Assembly: GCA_041659805.1 (NCBI GenBank)
Contig: JBAZXP010000001.1
Span: 966,841-1,030,840 of the forward strand
Reading direction: 5' to 3'
Source of the DNA: Microgenomates group bacterium
GTDB lineage: Bacteria > Patescibacteriota > Microgenomatia > Daviesbacterales > UBA10151
Length of the DNA: 64,000 bases
Part shown: one piece after another, positions 52,145 to 62,695 of the stretch
How positions within the stretch are numbered: position 1 is the stretch's first letter
Layout of the letters: the number at the start of each line of letters is the position of its first letter
The notes under the pieces: generated by a model
What the model was told of the DNA's origin: nothing
Database searches by the model: none
Seen by the model: the letters and a program-made list of their open reading frames with translations, nothing else
Program-made: the position numbers and the translations under genes

Positions 52145-53143
52145 TTAATCACCTCCACCGCCACCCATATCACCACCGCCACCCATATCACCACCGTCGT
52201 ATCCGCCACCATCATAACCACTGTCATTACTACTAAAATTGTTGTCTGAACCAACACCAATATCTAAGCTAGTATTAGGTCCAAAATCTTCTCTTCCCAA
52301 TTCTATATCCAATACAGGTGCTTCTATATCTAATCCTTTGGAGGCCGCATGCTCCATTACGGAATTAACCTGATTTTCATTTAATACATTCCTATCGTCA
52401 AAAAATCCTAGTGCCACCATTCCACCTAAGATGAATGGCCAATAAATCAAAGAGTCATCCTCTGACCATCTGTCAGGCAACCTTTCCGACCGTGCCATTC
52501 TTTCGCGGCTTCTATAACCCAATTTTTTGAATGCCTCAGCATATTCGTCAATTGCTTTTAAATGACCAAGTTGCAGAGTAATTTTTCGATCTTTATAAGG
52601 TCCTTCGTCTATATTGGCGTGTAAATCAGGACTCGCATTATAAACCCTGGGGTTTATACCTTCTTCTATAGTTACTTTAGTCCACCTGGCATTTGTTGTC
52701 ACAAAAGAGACATTCCGTCTTCCTTGTTTTTTTTCTACTCTCCACCCCTCCTGTTTGAGTAAATCCTGGTTAATCCCTTCCTTTGAATCCCCAATGTTTG
52801 CCAAAAAACTATGACCGACAGTTGGATGCAGAATAATTTCTTTTTCAAGTTCTGCAAATTCAGCATCTTCTTCATCAGTCCCTTTAACCCAACCGTAATC
52901 AGTTTGCCTACCGATCAGTGAACCCCAAAAAGTTCTACCGGAAAAATTGATATCTTCTCTTGTGTAAAGTTGTTTCTTGATTCCATTCCACTCATCTATT
53001 TTAACCTCAACAACATTAGGGGTAAGAATTTTTATTTTTGTGGGATCATCTGTATGAGTAACTTTAGTCTCAAATCCAGGTTCAAGCACAGATGTTTCAA
53101 CTTCTGCAAAAAAATATGGTTTATATCTTTTTTCTATAGTCAT
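52145..53143 (-). CDS. hypothetical protein with Gly-rich C-terminal tail
   Basis: 332 aa ending (GGYDGGDMGGGGDMGGGGGD); the tail is encoded by an 18-bp tandem DNA repeat. Confidence 0.35.
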   Translation of the reverse strand: MTIEKRYKPYFFAEVETSVLEPGFETKVTHTDDPTKIKILTPNVVEVKIDEWNGIKKQLYTREDINFSGRTFWGSLIGRQTDYGWVKGTDEEDAEFAELEKEIILHPTVGHSFLANIGDSKEGINQDLLKQEGWRVEKKQGRRNVSFVTTNARWTKVTIEEGINPRVYNASPDLHANIDEGPYKDRKITLQLGHLKAIDEYAEAFKKLGYRSRERMARSERLPDRWSEDDSLIYWPFILGGMVALGFFDDRNVLNENQVNSVMEHAASKGLDIEAPVLDIELGREDFGPNTSLDIGVGSDNNFSSNDSGYDGGGYDGGDMGGGGDMGGGGGD

Positions 53144-53189
53144 CAGGTAGAATTATATATGTGACTATGGGTTAAATCAAGACAGAAAA

Positions 53190-54689
53190 TTAATCTATCA
53201 AGTCAGGTTGATCTTTTGCTTGGGCTTGCCCATATTCGGTATCCAATTCCTGACCAATTTTTTCAAGTAATGGTTCTTCTTTGTGGGATACTCTAAGCGG
53301 AATTTCTTTTAGGAAAAGCGAAGCAATAAAGCCAACTCCCACAAAACTAGCTGCAGTTAGAAAAACTGGTGAAAGGGAATTAGCAAAAGCTATATTTTTT
53401 GGCATTGAAGTTAAATCTTTAGCTAACCCAGAATTAAATAAGCTTCCTAAAATTGCGATTCCAATAGTCCCTCCTATACTTCTGAAAAGTTGTATTGATG
53501 AGGTAACCACCCCTAATTTACTGTGTTCAAAAGCATTCTGGACTATAACAGTAAAAACAGGCATGGCTGCACCCATTCCCATCCCTAAGAAAATCATTCT
53601 GAAGGTAAGATCAAATTGAGAGGTTGCAGTACTCATTTGTGAGAGCAAAAACATCCCGATAGTGGCAACAGCAAGGCCTGAAACAGTCACAATTTTATAC
53701 TTGCCAGTACCTGAAACAATCCTTCCTCCGATAATATTTGTGAGCACCTGCATAATCACCATTGGTGTCATCAAAGATCCTGAGTTTGTGGCAGTTATAC
53801 CCATTGCCCCCTGTGCAAACAAAGGGATATATAAAGCTGCGCCGAACATTCCCGCTCCGAAAAAAAATGAGGAAATAATAGAAACCGAAAAAATTGAATT
53901 TTTAAAAAGATGCATGGGAATAATCGGTTCTTTTGCCGACTTTTCGATAAAACAGAAACTTAATAACAAGATTAACGCGGATATTAAAAGACCTATGATT
54001 TGCACGGATTGCCAAGGATATTCTGTGCCTCCCCAAACCACTCCCAATAAAAGAGTAATTAAACCTAGAGCCAAAGTTATGGCACCTAAAAAATCAATTG
54101 AACATTCTCTAATCGAAAGGGTAATTTTAGGAATAAATAAACCAATTGCCAAAAGAGCCAAGATACCCACAGGAATATTAATATAAAAATTCCATCTCCA
54201 GGAAAAACTATCAGTAATTATTCCTCCCAAAATCGGCCCAACAATTGAAGCAAGCCCAAAAGTTGCTCCCAATACCCCTTGCCATTTTCCGCGCTCGCGT
54301 GGTGTAAAAATATCACCAACTATGGCAAAAGCATTAGCCATAATTGCTCCACCACCTATCCCTTGCAAACTTCTGAAAATTATCAGCTGAATCATATCCT
54401 GTGACAAACCGGAAAGAACAGAACCGATCATAAAAATTATGATTCCGGAAAAGAAAAACCATTTTCTGCCATAAATATCGGAGAGTTTTCCATAAATTGG
54501 AACTGTTACAGTAGAAGCCAACATATAGGCAGTAAATACCCAGGAAATGTGATTCAGGCCACCCAGTTCTTTAGCAATGGTGGGCATGGCAGTTCCCACA
54601 ATGGTTCCATCCAAAGCTGCCAAAAAAATGGCTAAAAGCACCCCAAGCATTACTAATGTTTTTTGTTTTGTAGAAATTTCAGCTAACAT
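53190..54689 (-). CDS. MFS transporter, 14-TM drug:H+ antiporter (DHA2/EmrB-QacA-like)
   Basis: ~14 hydrophobic helices and MFS signature motifs (GKLSDIYGRK-like motif A region). Confidence 0.75.
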   Translation of the reverse strand: MLAEISTKQKTLVMLGVLLAIFLAALDGTIVGTAMPTIAKELGGLNHISWVFTAYMLASTVTVPIYGKLSDIYGRKWFFFSGIIIFMIGSVLSGLSQDMIQLIIFRSLQGIGGGAIMANAFAIVGDIFTPRERGKWQGVLGATFGLASIVGPILGGIITDSFSWRWNFYINIPVGILALLAIGLFIPKITLSIRECSIDFLGAITLALGLITLLLGVVWGGTEYPWQSVQIIGLLISALILLLSFCFIEKSAKEPIIPMHLFKNSIFSVSIISSFFFGAGMFGAALYIPLFAQGAMGITATNSGSLMTPMVIMQVLTNIIGGRIVSGTGKYKIVTVSGLAVATIGMFLLSQMSTATSQFDLTFRMIFLGMGMGAAMPVFTVIVQNAFEHSKLGVVTSSIQLFRSIGGTIGIAILGSLFNSGLAKDLTSMPKNIAFANSLSPVFLTAASFVGVGFIASLFLKEIPLRVSHKEEPLLEKIGQELDTEYGQAQAKDQPDLID

Positions 54690-54748
54690 ATTTGTTTTGC
54701 AAAAATTTATTGTAACTTAATTTTATATCTTTGTAAAAAGGAAAAGAA

Positions 54749-55690
54749 TTATTCCTGATAGTTATCAGGATCGCAAAACTCATAAGACAATTTTAAACCG
54801 GTATGCTTTCCTATATCTACCCATTTTGGTACAAAATTCGGAGCCAACATTTCAAATTGTGTAGGACGGTCAAACATACATTCTATAATGGGTTTCATAT
54901 CCAATTTTTTGGGAGCTGTCAGGGTTTTTACGATTTTGTCTTCTAATGAATGCTGGGATAAAGAAAGCTCGTTACCTTTATATGTATATTTAGCCAAAAA
55001 TAATCTATTATCTAAACAGTCACTTAAGTCTAGTGGAGCTAAGATCATGCCTGCAGGAGCAAAAATATCAAGCCTTCTATATTTTCCCTGCGGATAATAG
55101 TTAAGGTTTCTTAAATCCAGTATTTTGAACTGATCATCAGGTAACCAGCCATTATGATACCAGGCCGCACCAATTGAAGGAGCAAATATCTGACCATCGG
55201 TTGTTTTTGCACTGAAACAACGCCCTAATTCCAAACCACATATTAATTCATTCTGATAATCTACCAATGCCGAAATCCCGCTTGTATCGATTAAATCATC
55301 CGGTACAGGTACGTCTACATTAACACTTTCACCCCCGCTCTCACTTTCAATACATATATCAAAATTTCCTTCAACCCTTAATGCATATTTTGATGACGGA
55401 TAATCCATATTTCCATAAAATGTATAAGTTGTTTTTAAATCACCTGCTTTAACAACACTTTTTAATCCTGTATGATCCAAGATGGCGAAGGGTTTACCGG
55501 AGCTGCTAAATAAATACTCTGCATATTGTTCTTCTATAATATAGCATCCTTCTTTGTGCGCAGGTACAAGAACAGAAAGGAAACCGTTTTGGGCGTTCAC
55601 TGCCAGAACCCAACCATCTTTGAATTTTTCAGGAATTTCCCAATGATCGGGAACGTCCTCAAAAGTAAACCGTGGCAAAAAATCTGACAT
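54749..55690 (-). CDS. hypothetical protein
   Basis: 313-aa ORF; no motif. Confidence 0.35.
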   Translation of the reverse strand: MSDFLPRFTFEDVPDHWEIPEKFKDGWVLAVNAQNGFLSVLVPAHKEGCYIIEEQYAEYLFSSSGKPFAILDHTGLKSVVKAGDLKTTYTFYGNMDYPSSKYALRVEGNFDICIESESGGESVNVDVPVPDDLIDTSGISALVDYQNELICGLELGRCFSAKTTDGQIFAPSIGAAWYHNGWLPDDQFKILDLRNLNYYPQGKYRRLDIFAPAGMILAPLDLSDCLDNRLFLAKYTYKGNELSLSQHSLEDKIVKTLTAPKKLDMKPIIECMFDRPTQFEMLAPNFVPKWVDIGKHTGLKLSYEFCDPDNYQE

Positions 55691-55742
55691 ATGCAGGGAA
55701 TTATATAAGAAATTGGCCTAAAATAAAAGCTATAGGATTAAT

Positions 55743-57064
55743 TTAATAAGTCCAGGTATGACCACGCCACTCAATTTTAGGATCTGGAAGTATTTCTCCA
55801 ACCTGGGCAATTTCTACTCCGTATTTAGAACCTATCACCGTTAATCTGTCTGCGTCTTCGTTATTTTCAACGACAGCCACGAACCCCAATCCTCTGTTCC
55901 ATTGCTCACAAGCCCTCCTTTGATCAATCATTTTTTTAGATTGTTCTTCCGGCAAATGTTTTTCAGCCAGTTCCATTAACATACTTACAGCTTTTGGATC
56001 TTCAAATACCGGTTCTATATGTGCCCCCAACTTTTTTACTTCAAGCATTCTTTTAACTTTTTCAGGAATACCTCCACCACTAATATGAGCTGCACTGATA
56101 ATATTAACTTCCTTCTCACCATCAATTCCACCCAAAGCATCATACATAACTCTTCCATAAAGATTAGATGGTCTTAACACCTCCTCCACAATCTTAGAAT
56201 CCAATTCATGCCATGGCACCAATACCTGTTCTAAAAAATTATGTCCCATCAATTCGTTTAAAAACGGAATTGTCTTTCCGTCTCTAAAGTCACTCATCAA
56301 ATCTCTGTTTATACTACTTGAAATCATTCCCTTTTCTTTTAAATGATCGGCCAAGTGTTCCAGGAAATAAGCCTCTTTTGAAGGATAACCTTGATTAAAT
56401 AAATATGCAGCTTCTAAAATTCCCCTGGCTTTAGATAACCCATTAGATCTGATAGATTTTTCTCTCCAGCCCATTATTTTTTGGCCCGGTTTTAACCCTG
56501 TACCCAAAATTAGCTTTGCTTCATTAATCAAATATAAACCCGTTGCATTCCAGTTAACCCGGGATGGACCAAACCCTGAAGTTCTGTAACTCAGTTCTGC
56601 TGTTTCACCATTTAACAAAGCAAAGCCCCCCCCTCGTTACAGGCGGCTGCCGCGCCTCTTGCAAGCGCTGAAATCATTCCTTCTGTTGCTGTATTGGTAT
56701 CCACTACATTTGCGAAACCTAACAGAAAATGCCCAAATCTATCAGTATCCCCTTTAATCATAGAGGCAACATCAAAAGCCAAAGTGTCAAAATAATCATA
56801 ATTGGCATCTCCTTCTTTAAAAGTAGGCCTGTTTAATTGAGATAATCTTTCTGCAAGTTCAGGTTTTGTACCAATACCGTCTGCAGTTACCCAAACTGAA
56901 AAAGGAGCAGGATTGATACCATATAAATGATATTGAGGTGTATCTAAATATGTAATCGGTCTGTATCTTGGATCAGGAAAATTATTTCTGGTTGAAACTA
57001 TAACATCACCTAAGGTATAGGATGCTTTTCCTTTTTCATCCTGAGTTAATTCAATACTACTCAT
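55743..57064 (-). pseudogene. purM: phosphoribosylformylglycinamidine cyclo-ligase (AIR synthetase, PurM) interrupted by a -1 frameshift in a G8 homopolymer
   Basis: N-part carries DGIGTK; C-part begins LNGETAELSY. The two ORFs (56612..57064, 55743..56618) meet at the run CCCCCCCC 56626-56633; adding one G gives continuous ...ACNEGGGFALLNGETAEL... Confidence 0.6.
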
Positions 57065-58385
57065 ATATCACTCCTAAACACTTGATTATCTCCTTCTATG
57101 CTAATTTCATGCACCCCAGCATATGCATTTTTTCTGGCGCTTTGCAGAGTCTTTCCTTCTCCCATCACATGAATTACCCTGCCACCTGCAACTCTATAAT
57201 CCTTACCATCATCCATCATCCCTGCTCCATATAAACTTACTCCCGGCTTAGCCGCTGCATTATATATTCCTGTTATCTTTTTACCCATTACCCTGGAATA
57301 ATCTCCCGGATAACCATTTGCTGCAATAGCTACCACAACCCTTCTTAAATTATCCCTTTTAATTTTTAATCCTTTTAAAGATCCTCCTTCTGCCAGATGC
57401 ATTCCTACCTCGAACCAATCATTTTTGATCCCTGGTAAAACAAGTTGGGCTTCTGGATCACCCCACCTGGCATTAAACTCCACATTCATAATCATAGGCT
57501 CACCATTTCTGATAATTTTCATGCAAGAAGCATACAGCACCCCTATATAAGGAGCTTTCAATTGAGCAAAAGCATCAAGCATTGGGACAATCATGTTTTT
57601 TCTACTTCTTTCCTGACTTCCTTATTCACAATTTCGGGATTATTATTTCCACCCATGCCACCTGTATTAGGTCCTGTATCACCGTCTCCGATTGGTTTAT
57701 GATCATTGGCACTCCCTAAATAGGTAAATTCCTGACCATTACATAAAACAAAGTAGGAAAATTCTTCCCCAGGCGTTCCGTCATCATTCATTAAGTTTTC
57801 TTCTATCAAAAATCTCTTACCTGCTTCACCGAATTGATCCAAAGAACGGATCCGATCATAAGCCTCTTCCTTTGTTTTAGCCCTCATCGCGCCCTTACCT
57901 TTAGCTAAACCTGAAGCCTTAATCCAACGAGTTCGTTCTTCCCAGGTTTTAATACATCCAATTGCAAATTCAGGATCATCAAATTCCATAAAATCAGGCT
58001 GGTTTATTCCTACCACTCTTCCAATAAACCTGGTAAGTGCTTTGTCTGATTCAATTTTTCCTGCAGCTCTACTTGGACCAATTGTCAAAAACCCAGCGTT
58101 TCTGGATTCATCTGCAACCCCTGCTGCTATTGCATCATCTTGTGCAACATCAACCAACTCAACATTATAATGATCAAAAAGTTGGACTAATGATTTACTA
58201 TCAGTGGTTTTAACTTTACGAAATTTAGGATTATCAATTAGTTTTCCTCTGGTTACCAGTTTTATTCCATCATTACCAGGGACAACCAGAACTCCATCTA
58301 CCAGATCGCTTTCAGCATATTTTTCCGCCTCAGCTGCTTCTCTTCCTCCACCTCCAACTATTGCTACTATATTTTCTTTATGCAT
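57061..58385 (-). pseudogene. purD: phosphoribosylamine--glycine ligase (PurD) split into two ORFs by a 1-base frame change at an A5/T5 run
   Basis: N-part (57591..58385) VAIVGGGGRE...GPNTGGMG; C-part (57061..57594) GVLYASCM...VEFNARWGDPEAQ; ATGA overlap at 57591-57594. Inserting one A in the AAAAA run restores ...EVEKNMIVPMLDAF... Confidence 0.6.
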
Positions 58386-58458
58386 GAATTATTTTTTGAA
58401 AAAACGTTTTGTCTGTATAGATAGTAGAAAAGTGAGTTTTAAAAAACAAGACCCCAAA

Positions 58459-58935
58459 TTATGGGTTAAGCAAAACAATACTTAAATTTAATATAGTTGC
58501 AAAAGAAACCCAAGCCAAGTACGGATATAAAAGGTTGGCTGCTGTTTTATCAACCAAATTTATGCGCCTGATTGTTTCCAAAATCGCGATCCATAAAATA
58601 ATAATTATTAAAAATCCTGCTAAAAGGTTATGTAATCCAAAAAATACCAGCGACCAGATAACATTTAATATAAGCTGAACAAAAAATGCCACATAAGCAT
58701 TATTTCTTATACCCTTGTCTGTTTTTTTCTTGGTCCAAAGTAAATATAAAGTTAAACCCATCAAAAAATATAAAATGGTCCAAACTGGTCCAAAAAGATA
58801 ATTTGGCGGATTAAAAGGGGGTTTATTTAAATAAATATACCAAGATGAGATAGCAGGAAAAGTAAAAACTGAACCCAAAATACCTGCTCCTTCACAAAGT
58901 AATATGGCAGAAATTAGCTTGAGCAGTTTGGGCAT
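58459..58935 (-). CDS. tspO: TspO/MBR tryptophan-rich sensory protein
   Basis: 5-TM, 158 aa, Trp/Pro-rich loops (FNPPNYLFGPVWTILYFLMG). Confidence 0.7.
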   Translation of the reverse strand: MPKLLKLISAILLCEGAGILGSVFTFPAISSWYIYLNKPPFNPPNYLFGPVWTILYFLMGLTLYLLWTKKKTDKGIRNNAYVAFFVQLILNVIWSLVFFGLHNLLAGFLIIIILWIAILETIRRINLVDKTAANLLYPYLAWVSFATILNLSIVLLNP

Positions 58936-58944
58936 AACTTAATA

Positions 58945-60027
58945 TTAAACTATAATTTTAGATTTTGCACCAATAAAGAAACTTGTTGTCTTTTTTTCTT
59001 TTTCACCATCTATAAGCTCACTTTCAGGACCAATTAAGCTGGAATCAATTAGACCCGGAAATTTTTTGATTTTAACTTTTTCCATAATTTCGCTATTTTC
59101 AACCTCAGATCCTTCTATTTCGCATCCGTCTGAAATTGCCGAATATGGTCCGATAAATGAATCCCGGATAATAACATTATCACCAATAATGACAGGGCCT
59201 TTGATTTTTGATCTTTCGATAGTACAACCCCGCCCAACTTTGATATTGCCATCAACTGAAACATCTGACCCATATTCACTTTCTATCTCATTGTCTTTGA
59301 CCAGATATTCCACCATGTATTGATTTGTCTCAATCCAATCATCAAATTTACCTGGATCCAACCATTTACCTTCATATTCCAAAACGTCAACTTGATATTT
59401 ATGGTCAATTAACCACTGAAATGGTGCACTAATTTCCAACTCTCCTCTTGGGGAAGGCTTGATTTGATCTTCACCTTTAAAGCATTTAAAAACATTATTA
59501 TCAAAAAAATATAATCCTGGAATAGCAAAATCATGAGGAGGGTTTTCTGGCTTTTCTACATACTGAATTAGTCTTCCGTTTTTATCAAAAAAAGGAACTC
59601 CTAAACGTCTGTTCTCTTCATGATGGACCATAGGGACCAAAGCATTAGGTTTATTTTTTTCAAAGTGCGTTACAAACTTCTTTATACCATCAACAAAAAT
59701 GTTATCTCCTAAATGCAAGAAAAACGATTCTCCGTCTAAATATTCCTCACAAATTTGAAAAATATTTGCCAGTCCCAAAGGTTTTTCCTGCAGCACATAT
59801 GTGAATTTTAACCCCCAACGGGAACCGTCACCCAAAACTGATTTTGCCTGATCCAAATATGCTGCATCATAAGTAATTGCAACTTCTTTAATCCCTGCTT
59901 CAGCCACAGTTTCAATAGGGAAAAAAATTAGAGGCTTATTGGCAATCGGAAGAAAATGTTTGTTGGAAGAAAATGTCAGGGGCTGCATTCTTGTGCCCCT
60001 ACCACCTGTTGGAATAATTGCTTTCAT
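58945..60027 (-). CDS. sugar-1-phosphate nucleotidyltransferase (RmlA/GlmU-like N-domain with C-terminal left-handed beta-helix)
   Basis: MKAIIPTGGRGTRMQPLT...NKHFLPIANKPLI signature; C-terminal hexapeptide repeats. Confidence 0.65.
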   Translation of the reverse strand: MKAIIPTGGRGTRMQPLTFSSNKHFLPIANKPLIFFPIETVAEAGIKEVAITYDAAYLDQAKSVLGDGSRWGLKFTYVLQEKPLGLANIFQICEEYLDGESFFLHLGDNIFVDGIKKFVTHFEKNKPNALVPMVHHEENRRLGVPFFDKNGRLIQYVEKPENPPHDFAIPGLYFFDNNVFKCFKGEDQIKPSPRGELEISAPFQWLIDHKYQVDVLEYEGKWLDPGKFDDWIETNQYMVEYLVKDNEIESEYGSDVSVDGNIKVGRGCTIERSKIKGPVIIGDNVIIRDSFIGPYSAISDGCEIEGSEVENSEIMEKVKIKKFPGLIDSSLIGPESELIDGEKEKKTTSFFIGAKSKIIV

Positions 60028-60062
60028 AGACTTAAAAGATTATATAACATTCTCTTTTATAA

Positions 60063-61733
60063 TTACCAGCTGCCTCCTCCACCTCCACCTCCACCTCCAC
60101 CAGAAGATCCTCCACTTGAAAATCCGGAGGATGAGGACGGAGCATGAGTTGTAAAAGTGCTGGACATAGAGCTGTTCATACTATCAATTGCAGAATAAAA
60201 AGCTATATTTCCTGAATACCAGGTTGGATGATAGTTTGGATAAATTACTTTTAACTGATCCATAAATTCTTTGATATAACCCAAAGCAATTGCATAAGGA
60301 ATATATTTTTCAACAGTGATTAAATTTTTGGCATACCAAGTATGTTCTCTGCTCATATTTTTTAAGAAAATCTTTAATCCATCGATCTTAAAGTCTATTT
60401 CATCTCCCTTGGCAGTTCTGCCATTTAATTTAAAGAAGAATAAGAGCAAAACGCCAAACAATAAAACTCCTCCAAAAAACATAGAAAATATTGCTCCTGT
60501 TAAAAATAAAGCTTTTTGAGTTTTAGGATTTTTTGTATAAAAACCTCTTTCAATAAGCGAATCAAAAACATCTTTTTCAAAACTTTGAAAAGTTAAATAA
60601 AAATCTTTTTTCAGTGAACTGATTTTAATTTTATCTTCTTTTCTAAAAAAAGACTGCAAAAGACCCCATTCAAAAGCCGTCGTTCCCTCATTGTAATTGT
60701 TCAATTTAATCATAAGAAAATCATCTCCTCCTCCAAACATTCCTAAAACTTTTTCCTGTTTTATTTGTTCTATTTTTATATATTTTCTGATTGCCAAATC
60801 AAAGATTGTGGCAATAACATCATTTTGATCAACAAAATAAGCATCAATACTACCAGCTTCTGCAGGAGCTACTCGCTTTCCTTTATCATCTATGGGAAAG
60901 TCAAAATTAACAGAAGGCGCACCAAACCTGGCTTTTCTTTTGTTTTTAAAATACCAAATTAAGAGTCCTGGAGCTAAAATCAGATTGAAAAAAATAGGAA
61001 CGGCAAATATTCCTAAAATTAACCAGAGGCTTATTTCAGTATCAGTTTTTTCCGGTGATTCTTTTTGTAAAACGCTAGGAGGAAAAGTGTCCTTTGGAAA
61101 ACCCCAAACCCCGGTTAAACCTTCATAAGCACTTAATTCTTTAGTTGATACAATTAAGTTTTTTTGGTTTAACAAGCAGTCTTTGTTTGTAGATCCTTCA
61201 GGTCCTGTAAAACAAGTATCTTTATTAAAATCAACTCCAAAATCTGTGGATAACGAAGCAGAGGCTTTAAGAATCGGTATCTGCCAATTGTTACCGGTAA
61301 TATTCCAATAAATTTCATCATGATCTTCATAATTGCTGCCAATTCCATTCCTAACAAGATAAGAAATAGTATAGGTATGAGGACCAGTTATGGTGACATC
61401 AGCCTTTCCGATTTTTACCGACGCTGTTTTGGAATCACTTTGCAAAGAATAATTTTCTTCTTTCCCATCTCTTAAAATATTTTTAAAATCTACTTCAATA
61501 ACTCTATATAAATTACCTACACTTGATACAAGAGGAATATCTCTGTAGATTCCATGCAGATAAACATCGCCAAAATCATAAACAATTGTTTCTGTAATAT
61601 CCATTGTGCCATCCTGGTGTGCAATAATCTCGGTATCGAAAGAGGTGATTTCCTCAGCTTGCACACCAGAATAGATTGCTCCCCAAAAAACAAACAGAAA
61701 TAAAAAGAGGAAGCTTTTCAAAATATTTTTCAT
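60063..61733 (-). CDS. DUF2207-family membrane protein with Gly/Ser-rich C-terminal tail
   Basis: Signal peptide, ~230-aa extracytoplasmic domain, TM segments, C-terminal GFSSGGSSGGGGGGGGGGSW tail characteristic of DUF2207. Confidence 0.5.
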   Translation of the reverse strand: MKNILKSFLFLFLFVFWGAIYSGVQAEEITSFDTEIIAHQDGTMDITETIVYDFGDVYLHGIYRDIPLVSSVGNLYRVIEVDFKNILRDGKEENYSLQSDSKTASVKIGKADVTITGPHTYTISYLVRNGIGSNYEDHDEIYWNITGNNWQIPILKASASLSTDFGVDFNKDTCFTGPEGSTNKDCLLNQKNLIVSTKELSAYEGLTGVWGFPKDTFPPSVLQKESPEKTDTEISLWLILGIFAVPIFFNLILAPGLLIWYFKNKRKARFGAPSVNFDFPIDDKGKRVAPAEAGSIDAYFVDQNDVIATIFDLAIRKYIKIEQIKQEKVLGMFGGGDDFLMIKLNNYNEGTTAFEWGLLQSFFRKEDKIKISSLKKDFYLTFQSFEKDVFDSLIERGFYTKNPKTQKALFLTGAIFSMFFGGVLLFGVLLLFFFKLNGRTAKGDEIDFKIDGLKIFLKNMSREHTWYAKNLITVEKYIPYAIALGYIKEFMDQLKVIYPNYHPTWYSGNIAFYSAIDSMNSSMSSTFTTHAPSSSSGFSSGGSSGGGGGGGGGGSW

Positions 61734-61780
61734 TATTTTTAGATTATGCCATAAATATATTAATTTGCTATACTAGCTAA

Positions 61781-62146
61781 ATGAGTCCAAAAAAATTAGG
61801 CCGATCTTTTCTATATGCCTTTCAGGGTTTTTATTCAGCAATTAGAACAGAAACCAACTGGGTAATCGGGATTATAGAGGCTATCTTTGTTATACTTGCA
61901 GGAATTTACTTCAATATCACATCGACTGAGTGGGTCCTGGTAATTTTGATTATTGGGATAGTACTCTCTTCTGAACTTTGTAATAGCGCAATCGAAGCAA
62001 TTGTTGATTCATTTGTAGCAACCGAGCATCCGAAAGCAAAGATTGCCAAAGACTTTGCTGCAGGGCAATCAGTTATTGTGGTGCTGGCAGCAGCAATAAG
62101 TGGCACTATTATTTTCTGGCCATATATTCAAAATTTATTGAGGTAA
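61781..62146 (+). CDS. dgkA: prokaryotic diacylglycerol kinase
   Basis: 121 aa, 3 TMs, ELCNSAIEAIVD (DgkA E-x2-N-[ST]-A-[IV]-E-x2-[IV]-D motif). Confidence 0.6.
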   Translation: MSPKKLGRSFLYAFQGFYSAIRTETNWVIGIIEAIFVILAGIYFNITSTEWVLVILIIGIVLSSELCNSAIEAIVDSFVATEHPKAKIAKDFAAGQSVIVVLAAAISGTIIFWPYIQNLLR

Positions 62147-62149
62147 AAA

Positions 62150-62665
62150 TTGCCGAGCAACTCTGAACTTTTTTTAACCATTTATAGTTTAGGAAATCAG
62201 AACTATCTTCTTGATAGGTTTTTTATTTTCGGAGCAAATGAATTAATTTTCATTACATTTTTTATAAGTTTAGTTTTAATTCTTTTGGGAGGATTAAAAG
62301 AAAGAAAGGCTTTTTTATTCTTATTAATTGGATTATTAATTGCAGAGATCTTGATCAAAATCACCCATATTTTTTATTTTGAACCCCGTCCTTATGTTAC
62401 TTTGAATTTAGTTCCCTTAATTAAGCATGTTCCTGATGCGGCTTTTCCTTCAGAACATACCACAATGGCGGCGGCTGTTGCCTTTGCATCTTTTTTTGCC
62501 AAATCAAAATATGCTTTATTGTTTATTATTCTTATGCTTTGGGTAGGGTTTTCCAGAATCTTTGTGGGAGTCCATTATCCTTTAGATATTTTGGGAGGAA
62601 TCCTTTATGGCTTTATTTCTATCTTTATTTCTTCAAAAATCCTAAACAAATTCTTAGACATTTAG
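62150..62665 (+). CDS. PAP2-family phosphatase (undecaprenyl-diphosphatase-like)
   Basis: FPSEHT (PSGH box) and SRIFVGVHYPLDILGG (SRxxxxxHxxxD box). Confidence 0.7.
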   Translation: MPSNSELFLTIYSLGNQNYLLDRFFIFGANELIFITFFISLVLILLGGLKERKAFLFLLIGLLIAEILIKITHIFYFEPRPYVTLNLVPLIKHVPDAAFPSEHTTMAAAVAFASFFAKSKYALLFIILMLWVGFSRIFVGVHYPLDILGGILYGFISIFISSKILNKFLDI

Positions 62666-62695
62666 CCTCGCAAGGGGACGTCTTGAGAGGCTAAA

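Noticed and set aside
16915-60100. CRISPR array
   Set aside because: The only tandem repeats are short in-frame coding microsatellites (6-18-bp units); no repeat-spacer architecture anywhere in the window.
59956-60147. ORF encoding a poly-proline run (PPPPPPPPPP)
   Set aside because: It is the antisense reading of the (CCACCT)n repeat that encodes the poly-Gly tail of the DUF2207 protein.
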